Assembly: GCF_026991475.1 (NCBI RefSeq) | Contig: NZ_JALXBK010000044.1 | Span: 6,283-70,282 of the forward strand | DNA: 64,000 nt | Direction of reading: 5' to 3' | Origin: Sulfurimonas sp. | GTDB lineage: Bacteria > Campylobacterota > Campylobacteria > Campylobacterales > Sulfurimonadaceae | Part shown: positions 56,332 through 64,000 of the stretch, piece by piece | Layout: the number at the start of each line of letters is the position of its first letter | Position numbering within the stretch: position 1 is the first letter of the stretch | Translations under genes and position numbers: made by a program | The notes under the pieces: model-generated | The model's input: only the letters and a program-made list of their open reading frames with translations | Databases searched by the model: none | What the model was told of the DNA's origin: nothing

Positions 56332-59216
56332 GAAATATTACTCTCCTTACCCTCTACAATCTTCACTTCATCCTCATTTAATCCATAAAGCTTATAAACC
56401 AAGCTATCAATCTCTTTAATACTATCATCTACCAAATGCTCTAGCTTCTCAATCTCCTCTTTTATCTCTATCTTATCGACTGCGTTTAGGCTCTCAAAGT
56501 GTTTGTTGTATTTTGCTATTTTCTCTTTTGATTCTATGATGGTGTCTACTACATTTATAAATGGTTCTTGTTTCTCTTTTGGTATTTTTGGGATTGGTAA
56601 TTTTCCAACACCATTAGGAAAATATTCAAAACTTCCTCCACCCGTTTGTTTTCCAATACTTTTATATCTAAAATTCAAAACTTTAGAATTTAAAAGTGCC
56701 AATAAATATTTTAAATCAAAATTAGCATTTGTATCAAAAATGATTGTCATATTTGAAAATGCTAAATACTCATTTTTACAATCTAGTACAAAAGTATTTT
56801 CAAATGCTCTTCTACTGCAAAATATTTTATTATACTTATAAAGTTCCTTATGCATTGGGCGGCTATATCTCCACCATATTCTACCTTCATTTTTAACAGT
56901 TGCTCTATTTTCTAAAAACTCTTTATTTTCAAGCAAATGATTTTGTATTGAACTTGGCAAATCTTCAAAGTTTTCTATGTCTTCAAAATATAAAATATAT
57001 GTTTCTTTACCCTCTATAAAATATCTTTTTATATTTTTACCCGTCACTCTTGGCTTTATAAATTCTTTTGGAAATTGATTTGGATACTCTTTAAATAAAA
57101 ATACTTTATCTGCCGCAGTTTCCATTCCTTTACCAATTTTAAAGATACTATTTAGCTTTGAATGGGAACTATCTATTTTTTCATTTATAGCACTTATTTT
57201 TTTCTCTACTAATGAAAAAACCATATCTTTTTTTAAACTTACTTCAAAATAGTTTTTTATATCAGAGATGATTTCATTAATTTCACTTACTTCATAATTT
57301 TTTTCTTTAAAGTTATAAGCCAAACATTCACTATCTTTTTTATTTTTATCAAATTCTATAATAGCAGAAGTTATTGAAGCATCTTGAAAAACCATATATT
57401 TTTCAAAATTTAAAATTTTTGAAATAGGTGCATTGTCTAATATATAGTTTCTTAGTTTTACAGCTTTTGCAAAGTGTAAAAAAGCATTTGAAGTTATAAA
57501 GCCCACTTTACTTTTTGTTATTTCTATGGCTTTTGCTACAAAATAAAAAAGTATATCGCTTTTATCTTGCCAAATATTCGGAAATCTATTTTGTATCTCT
57601 TTTGCTAATTCTGATTTAGCCCCTAAAGTTTGAATATTAAAATACGGTGGATTCCCTATCACAACATCAAAACCACCATTAGCCATTATTTCAGGAAAAA
57701 GCTCATTCCAGTCAGCAGTAAGTGAGTTTGCACTTTTAATGTTGCCCATAAGATTTGAAAGTGGTCTGTCCCTTTTTGCAGTTTGTAGCCATAAAGAGAG
57801 TTTTGCTATGCCAACACTTGCACCATTTATATCTACTCCAAAAAGATTTTTTTCTATGATTTGCTTATCTATATCGTGATGTTCAAAGAGTCCTGCATCT
57901 GCTAATTGTAGCTCTCTTTGTATCCATTTATGCTCATCTAAAAGATATCTAAAAGAAGCAGTTAAAAACGCACCACTTCCACACGCTGGATCAACTATTT
58001 TTAGGCTCTCAAGATACTCTCTATATTTGTGCAGATTCTCGCGCCTCATCTGTTTTGCTTTTTTACCCTCTTTTGTTGCATCAAAAAGTTTTAACTCCTC
58101 TTTTTTCACATCGCAGAGTTTTGCGACAGTATTGTTTATGATGTAGTGCGTAACAAACTGAGGCGTGTAAAAGACACCATCTTTTTTTCTAGTATCTACT
58201 ACCTTGTGTTCTTCAAAGAGAGACTCTTTAATCTTCTCCAAATCATTTAATGATTGTTCAAATATATGCCCTAAAACCTCTACATCTACATCATCACTAA
58301 AATCATAAGCACTTAAATGAGATAAATCATCTTTAATTATATAGTCATCTATTATGAGATTTTCTAGCAATTCATCAGGCTTAAAAAGATTTCCATTATA
58401 TCTAGGAATATTTACTTTAGCATTTCCCACATCTATAAAATGAAAATACTTTTTGTAGTAATTATAAAGAGGAGTATCATCTCCCCACTCCTGAGAACTC
58501 TCATACTGTTTTATAACAGCATCAATGCTATTTGCAGGGATCAGCCCTCTATCTTCAGCAAAGAGTATAAACATAAATCTATCAAGCAGTTTGTTTGCCG
58601 ACTCAAATATACTCTCTTTTGATAGCTCTTTATTGTTATCAATAAGATTATTTAAAAGTTTTAATCTAAAATTACTATACTCTTTATAGACCTCTTTGGT
58701 TATCTCTTCTTGTGATTTTGAGAGTTTTTTGAGTCTTGCTATTTCGCTGGATTCTAAGGATGGTTGTGAGAGAAGTGCATAGAGTATGGTGTAGCTCTCG
58801 TTTTTTGTCATATCTAAAGAGAAGCAGACATCACTACTTTCACTATAAATGTCAAGCTGTTTAAAGTTTGAAATGATGACATATTTACAAGTTGGTTTTT
58901 CGTTTTTATAACGAAATGCTTGCGCTATGATGTCACGATTTGATATTTTTTTATCACTACTTTTTAGCTCTATGATTGCTATTGGCTTGCTATTTTTATC
59001 ATAAACCACACCATCAGCTTTTTTCATATCTGTAGTGTTTTTCACCTCTCTTACACAGTTACTCCATTGAAGCATCTTTGCAAGCAGAGCAATAAACTCA
59101 GCACCATTTGCATCTTCAGCTATAAATTTATTTTTTGTAACAAGTTTAATGATGTCGTTACTATCTGGAGCATTGAAAGATTTTACAAAATTTTTAAGGA
59201 GTGATTTTTGAAACAT
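56328..59216 (-). CDS. type IIG restriction-modification enzyme (Eco57I-like fused REase-m6A MTase-TRD)
   Basis: N-terminal ADG...IELK PD-(D/E)XK motif, GVFYTP, DPACGSGAFL, GNPPY and a TaqI_C-like TRD. Confidence 0.88.
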   Translation of the reverse strand: MFQKSLLKNFVKSFNAPDSNDIIKLVTKNKFIAEDANGAEFIALLAKMLQWSNCVREVKNTTDMKKADGVVYDKNSKPIAIIELKSSDKKISNRDIIAQAFRYKNEKPTCKYVIISNFKQLDIYSESSDVCFSLDMTKNESYTILYALLSQPSLESSEIARLKKLSKSQEEITKEVYKEYSNFRLKLLNNLIDNNKELSKESIFESANKLLDRFMFILFAEDRGLIPANSIDAVIKQYESSQEWGDDTPLYNYYKKYFHFIDVGNAKVNIPRYNGNLFKPDELLENLIIDDYIIKDDLSHLSAYDFSDDVDVEVLGHIFEQSLNDLEKIKESLFEEHKVVDTRKKDGVFYTPQFVTHYIINNTVAKLCDVKKEELKLFDATKEGKKAKQMRRENLHKYREYLESLKIVDPACGSGAFLTASFRYLLDEHKWIQRELQLADAGLFEHHDIDKQIIEKNLFGVDINGASVGIAKLSLWLQTAKRDRPLSNLMGNIKSANSLTADWNELFPEIMANGGFDVVIGNPPYFNIQTLGAKSELAKEIQNRFPNIWQDKSDILFYFVAKAIEITKSKVGFITSNAFLHFAKAVKLRNYILDNAPISKILNFEKYMVFQDASITSAIIEFDKNKKDSECLAYNFKEKNYEVSEINEIISDIKNYFEVSLKKDMVFSLVEKKISAINEKIDSSHSKLNSIFKIGKGMETAADKVFLFKEYPNQFPKEFIKPRVTGKNIKRYFIEGKETYILYFEDIENFEDLPSSIQNHLLENKEFLENRATVKNEGRIWWRYSRPMHKELYKYNKIFCSRRAFENTFVLDCKNEYLAFSNMTIIFDTNANFDLKYLLALLNSKVLNFRYKSIGKQTGGGSFEYFPNGVGKLPIPKIPKEKQEPFINVVDTIIESKEKIAKYNKHFESLNAVDKIEIKEEIEKLEHLVDDSIKEIDSLVYKLYGLNEDEVKIVEGKESNIS

Positions 59217-59293
59217 ATATGAACCTCTGATTTATTAGTATGATTTTACCTAAAATCAGGTTTAAAGTTTATTTATGTTGCCAAAAGAAAAGT

Positions 59294-59590
59294 TTATGCA
59301 GCAACTTGCAAATGAGCAGAAGATATTTTTTCCACATCGCTTAAAAGCTTAAAACTAAGCCTAGAATAGCCTTCAAGTTTTTGGTTCTTATATATGTTAT
59401 AGTAGCTATCTATAATTCTATCAATATTGTAAAGTCTATCAGATTGTTCAGCCGTTAAACACTCTCTATTTTCTTCTAATGCTTTTCTATCATCAAGTAT
59501 TTCAAAAAAAGTCTCATCATGAAAAAAAGCTTCAAGATCAAAATTCTCTAAGTTTTTCTGTAATCTGTTTAATTGTTTGTCTAAATTCAT
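59294..59590 (-). CDS. small acidic hypothetical protein, putative immunity/antitoxin
   Basis: 98 aa; overlaps the upstream ORF by 53 nt. Confidence 0.6.
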   Translation of the reverse strand: MNLDKQLNRLQKNLENFDLEAFFHDETFFEILDDRKALEENRECLTAEQSDRLYNIDRIIDSYYNIYKNQKLEGYSRLSFKLLSDVEKISSAHLQVAA

Positions 59591-59999
59591 TGCTAACCTC
59601 CACCCTGTTTACTTTTGCACCTAATTGTTCTTTATGCTTACTCAATGTATCCACAATTGTACTATCAATTTTATATGAAGTCAATATTTTGCCATTTTGT
59701 GCGACAATAACAGCCCAATTGTCTTCTTTTGTATAAAAAACCCTATCCCATAAATCAGCTGCTTCATAGAGTTCAAAAAATGTTTCGTCACTACTAAGAG
59801 CATTAAATGTTTTTTGTAAATAGTCATGCTCATCAATAACTATTTCTTCAATATTCATTCTTTTATTCAGGTGTTTTCTGTAGTCTTTAATGGTATACCA
59901 TAACATTGCAAAAGAAGATATTGCAGATTGTTTGCTTGTAGCATCAAAATTTTCTAAATGAATTAAAAAATTATTTTCAACTTTCTTATACTTTTCCAT
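59538..59999 (-). CDS. hypothetical protein, putative BECR-fold RNase toxin
   Basis: Likely start ATG 59999 (153 aa); YRKHLNKR...RVFY...WAVIV..NGKILTSYK pattern. Confidence 0.5.
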   Translation of the reverse strand: MEKYKKVENNFLIHLENFDATSKQSAISSFAMLWYTIKDYRKHLNKRMNIEEIVIDEHDYLQKTFNALSSDETFFELYEAADLWDRVFYTKEDNWAVIVAQNGKILTSYKIDSTIVDTLSKHKEQLGAKVNRVEVSNEFRQTIKQITEKLREF

Positions 60000-60015
60000 C
60001 ACCAAAATATACCCA

Positions 60016-60717
60016 TTAAACTTCAATCCGTAAACTAACTTCATACATAAACTGCTGCAGAGGCAACATATCTTCATATATTTCAAAAAGAGTTGTAATG
60101 AGAGCTTTACCATCTTCTATAAGATGTGGGTCTAAAAGCTTATATGTTGCCATACCTTTATAGAGAGATAAGTCTGCGTTTGGCATATCTTTGTCAAAAC
60201 CTTTTGGGTAGCGTTTATAGCCTTTTTCAAGATGTGTATAATTTTTTCCCATCCCTTTGATTTTGTTCAAAATATCTGCAAGTTCTTGCCGCTTTGCATC
60301 ATCTTTTATATATTCACGAAAAGCATCAAGCATAGGTTTTTCAAACCATCTCACACCAACTGCAACATAAAGTTCCTCTGGGGAGAAATGCATATAAAAA
60401 GAGGAGCTTTGCATCCTTTTGCCAGATCCTTGCCAAAATATTACACCAATACGGTGTTTAATTGGCTCTTTATTTGCACCCATTCTACGGGTATCTCTGT
60501 AAATTCTATAGAGTGATTTGTTTATTTTTGGTTCTGCGTTTATGGTGGGCTCTAGTGCTTGAAGATGTTCACCCATCTCTACGACAAAAGCGCGAGATGG
60601 GTTGAGAATAAGGTTTTCATACTCACTTTTATGAGCTTCAAACCATACTTTGTTGTTGTTTTTACGAATAGAGTCTAAAAAAGGTAAAACTTTTGGTGAA
60701 AAACCACTAAACTCCAT
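60016..60717 (-). CDS. DUF2461 family protein
   Basis: FSGF...FL..I..NNNK.WFEAHK..YE and RIYRDTR...KEP.K motifs. Confidence 0.85.
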   Translation of the reverse strand: MEFSGFSPKVLPFLDSIRKNNNKVWFEAHKSEYENLILNPSRAFVVEMGEHLQALEPTINAEPKINKSLYRIYRDTRRMGANKEPIKHRIGVIFWQGSGKRMQSSSFYMHFSPEELYVAVGVRWFEKPMLDAFREYIKDDAKRQELADILNKIKGMGKNYTHLEKGYKRYPKGFDKDMPNADLSLYKGMATYKLLDPHLIEDGKALITTLFEIYEDMLPLQQFMYEVSLRIEV

Positions 60718-60724
60718 ATTTGTC

Positions 60725-63700
60725 CTATGCTAACTTTCTATTTCTAAACGCAAGTATAATAATAACAAAGACAATTGCATAACTAATAGGTACAAAATCA
60801 GGAATAGGAACCGGATCACCTTTTGCGTATGAGTGCATACCTGCAAGGTAGTAGTTCACTCCAAAATAGGTCATAAGTACAGATGTAAATGCCATTAAAG
60901 AGATTACGCTGTAGTTAAAATCATTATAAATAGATTTAATAAATCTTAAATGCAACACAACAGCATAAACAATGATGGTTACAAGTGCCCAAGTCTCTTT
61001 TGGATCCCAACTCCAGTATCTACCCCAAGACTCATTTGCCCAAACACCACCAAGGAAATTCCCAACCGTAAGCATTGCAAGACCTATCATAAGGCTCATT
61101 TCATTGATTGCGTTTAACTCTTTTATAGAGAGTGAAATTTGTCTATCGTTCTTTTCATTTTTTGCGATGAACAGAAGTAGCGTAATAAACCCAAGCAAGG
61201 CACTCAAACCTAAGAAACCATAACTCGCCGTAATCATAGAAACATGTATGCTTAACCAGTAAGAGTTCAGTACAGGCACAAGATTTGTGATTTGAGGGTT
61301 CATCCAACTTAAATGTGCAACAAATAGAATCAGACCTGCTAAAATAGAAGTCGAAGCAAGAGTAATTGGTGACTGCTTAGAGAAAATGAAACCAGCCAAA
61401 ACTGTTGCCCAAGCAATATAAGTCATAGACTCAAATCCATTTGACCAAGGAGCATGTCCTGAAATATACCAACGAAGAGCAAGCCCTAAAGTATGTGCTA
61501 GGAAGAAAATTCCCAAAAGCCCCAAGGCAGATTTTGTAATAAATGTCATTTTAAACTGTGGTTTTAAAATTTTAATAAAACTAAGAACAAGTAAAACAAA
61601 ACCGACTATGAAATACAGAGGCCAAAGAATTTCAAATATATTTGAATGGTTATAGAAAATTTCTGCTTTTATTCTACTTGCTTTTGGATAAACAGCCGCA
61701 CCATACTTTTTCTGATATGCTGCAATTTTATCAAGTGCTGCATTACTCTTAGACCAATCACCACTTTTTAGTGAAGCATCTACAGAAGTAAAATAGTTTA
61801 CAGCAAGATTTCTTACACGCTTACTATTTTGAGGTGAAAACTTTTTCAATGCTTCTATTGTTGCATACCATTTGTTATTTACATCATTTGGTTTTGGCCA
61901 AATTTTTAGAAGTGAACCTGTAAAAACCATATAAACAACATTCACTTTTTCATCAATCTTTAGTGCAGCTTTATCAAGTCTTTCTCTATCTTTTGGAGCT
62001 TTTCTTGAAGCCTCATCAACTAGTTTCATAAGCTTATAGCCACGCATATTTTCAGGATCTTGAAAAAATTGTGCAAAAGAGGCATATTTTGCATCTTTTG
62101 CAATACCTATTATTTTATTAATATTTTCATTTCCTGTTCTGATTAACTTTATATTTCTATAAATATCAGGACGCATCATCATTCCTAAAAGTACCTGATC
62201 TGCATTAAGTGTTTTATCTCCAACCTTTAGCGTAGCACTTCTGTGAATCTTTGCAAGAACTTCAATAGCAAGCGTATCTATTGGTTTCATTCGCCCTTTT
62301 GTATCTTGTACAACTAATTTAGAAAACTTTTTCGCATGCTCTTTAGGAAAAGACAAAATCGTTTTTATTGACGGATCTAAACTATCTGCATGCACCGATG
62401 GAGTTATACTAAGTAAAACTCCCATAGCAAGCAATGCAGGAATAGCTTTGGCTTTTGCTGCATCTTTTGCTTTTTTTGAAAGACGAGAAAATCTATGTTT
62501 TCTTGAAAAAAGTGTCCAAAACAGTCCAAATGCTAAAAGTGCATATCCAATATATGTTGGAAGTGTTCCTGGATCATGATTTACTGACAAGACGGTTCCT
62601 CCTTCATCCATATCATAAGAAGATTGAAAAAATCTGTAATGTCTATACTCTAAAATATGATTCATATAAATCCTATATTTTTCATGAAAATTATTTGCTT
62701 TATCAATAACCTCCACCTCACTTGCATACGAGGCTGGACTCATAGAGCCTGGGTATCTATCAAGCTTAAATTTTAGTAACTTGATTTGAAAAGGAATTTG
62801 AATCTCTTTTGAACCAAAAGAGACATAGACATCTACACCATCAACATTTACATGCGAAGCCTCGCCCTCTAAACCATTTCTAAAATAAGCAGTTACATTT
62901 TTTTTATGCCCATCAACATCTACAGAAAAACGCAAAAGTCCAAGACCAGAAGCTCTTAATTTAGCATTAGGGTTTGTGATCACTTTTTTAACAGCATGTG
63001 GCAAATATTTACGAAGTACAAAACTACCAAATTTTGTTGTATAAAGAACTCTATTGTTCAAGAGATCATTGTCGTTTGCTGCTAATTCTCCTTTTGATCT
63101 ATCTGACATTTTCATATAAGAGAGTTGCATATTATGTTTCATATAGAGCTTATTGTCTTTTAAAAATATAGATATTGTAGGCTTCTTAAATGTTTTACCA
63201 GATTGAAAATCTAAAATAAAATTTCCAGCATTATAGTAGTTACCTTTATCTAGTGCAACAGGTTTTCCTCTACCTCCACCAGTTACCATCAGACTTAGCA
63301 TTGAAGAACCTTTGGTGTCTTCTACTATTGAAGTTATGGCATTTGGAATATACTCTTTGAGGGTAACATCTACATCTTTACCTGCAACATCCAAAGAGGC
63401 TTCTAAGTCGTTATTTAAACGCTTAGAGAGATAGGCAATTTTAGAGTATGATACTACTTTGTCACCTACTTTTGCTTCTACATCAAAGTACGGATCTGAG
63501 CTCATCATAGAAGAGGCAATCATACCATTTCTGATATGCATAATACCCTCATAGCCCATATATCTGGTAACAGCTGCACCAAATAAAATAACTAAAAAAG
63601 CAATATGAAATATAAATATAGGAGCTTTTTTAAGTGTGTACATTTTAAAATGTATAATATTATAAACAAGATTTAAAGCTAAAATCCCTAAAAGAACATT

Positions 63701-63850
63701 AAACCATTGTGCATTATAAATTTCTGCTTTTGCGGTCATCGTTCCATAGTCATTTTCAACTATAGTCGCATATCCAATGGCAAATGCAAAAATCAGCATC
63801 AAAACCACCATAGATTTCATTGATCCAACAAAGGATAAGAGTGTTTTCAT
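60725..63850 (-). CDS. ccsA: cytochrome c biogenesis system II CcsBA fusion
   Basis: ResB-like N-terminus (FFQSSYD) and WWD domain WANESWGRYWSWDPKETW with conserved His residues. Confidence 0.9.
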   Translation of the reverse strand: MKTLLSFVGSMKSMVVLMLIFAFAIGYATIVENDYGTMTAKAEIYNAQWFNVLLGILALNLVYNIIHFKMYTLKKAPIFIFHIAFLVILFGAAVTRYMGYEGIMHIRNGMIASSMMSSDPYFDVEAKVGDKVVSYSKIAYLSKRLNNDLEASLDVAGKDVDVTLKEYIPNAITSIVEDTKGSSMLSLMVTGGGRGKPVALDKGNYYNAGNFILDFQSGKTFKKPTISIFLKDNKLYMKHNMQLSYMKMSDRSKGELAANDNDLLNNRVLYTTKFGSFVLRKYLPHAVKKVITNPNAKLRASGLGLLRFSVDVDGHKKNVTAYFRNGLEGEASHVNVDGVDVYVSFGSKEIQIPFQIKLLKFKLDRYPGSMSPASYASEVEVIDKANNFHEKYRIYMNHILEYRHYRFFQSSYDMDEGGTVLSVNHDPGTLPTYIGYALLAFGLFWTLFSRKHRFSRLSKKAKDAAKAKAIPALLAMGVLLSITPSVHADSLDPSIKTILSFPKEHAKKFSKLVVQDTKGRMKPIDTLAIEVLAKIHRSATLKVGDKTLNADQVLLGMMMRPDIYRNIKLIRTGNENINKIIGIAKDAKYASFAQFFQDPENMRGYKLMKLVDEASRKAPKDRERLDKAALKIDEKVNVVYMVFTGSLLKIWPKPNDVNNKWYATIEALKKFSPQNSKRVRNLAVNYFTSVDASLKSGDWSKSNAALDKIAAYQKKYGAAVYPKASRIKAEIFYNHSNIFEILWPLYFIVGFVLLVLSFIKILKPQFKMTFITKSALGLLGIFFLAHTLGLALRWYISGHAPWSNGFESMTYIAWATVLAGFIFSKQSPITLASTSILAGLILFVAHLSWMNPQITNLVPVLNSYWLSIHVSMITASYGFLGLSALLGFITLLLFIAKNEKNDRQISLSIKELNAINEMSLMIGLAMLTVGNFLGGVWANESWGRYWSWDPKETWALVTIIVYAVVLHLRFIKSIYNDFNYSVISLMAFTSVLMTYFGVNYYLAGMHSYAKGDPVPIPDFVPISYAIVFVIIILAFRNRKLA

Positions 63851-64000
63851 TGTATTCCTTTAATAAAAAGTTATTGTAATAAAAATAAGATAATAGAATG
63901 TATAAATTATATGCTTAAATTAAATGTGTAGCTCTATTTCAAAACATTTTATCTTTTTATCACATAAAAACACATTTCCATCATGTGCTTGTGCTATTTG

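Overview
AT-rich (roughly 35% GC by eye) chromosomal segment of a sulfur-oxidising Campylobacterota, most likely Sulfurimonas or a relative (inferred from gene content and synteny). It holds housekeeping genes (dusB-dksA-rlmH-thiE-like-accD, gltBD, recO, nspC/CASDH, dgkA, ribBA, hemH, ccsBA) and three tRNAs (fMet, Gln-UUG, Gln-CUG). It also holds dispersed nitrate-assimilation genes (Mo nitrate reductase, FeS-DmsC fusion, NarK, NirA, PP2C-kinase) and SorAB sulfite dehydrogenase. Accessory content is a complete compact type II-C CRISPR-Cas9 locus (980-aa Cas9, tracrRNA, 7 repeats/6 spacers), several toxin-antitoxin modules and a Fic/type IIG R-M islet. The strongest unexplained signal is a non-palindromic motif, (Y)AAACGCAG. 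I counted it by hand 43 times, on both strands and in several reading frames, against about 1-1.5 expected, which resembles a DNA-uptake-sequence or HIP1-like iterated motif. Also notable is a heme-copper oxidase whose CuB His and cross-link Tyr are both Asp, whose subunit II lacks CuA ligands, and which has a perfect FNR-type box at -41.5 (gNOR-like). An overlapping orphan gene pair upstream of the R-M gene looks like a BECR-fold RNase plus partner. All assignments come from motif recognition by eye; no database searches were run.
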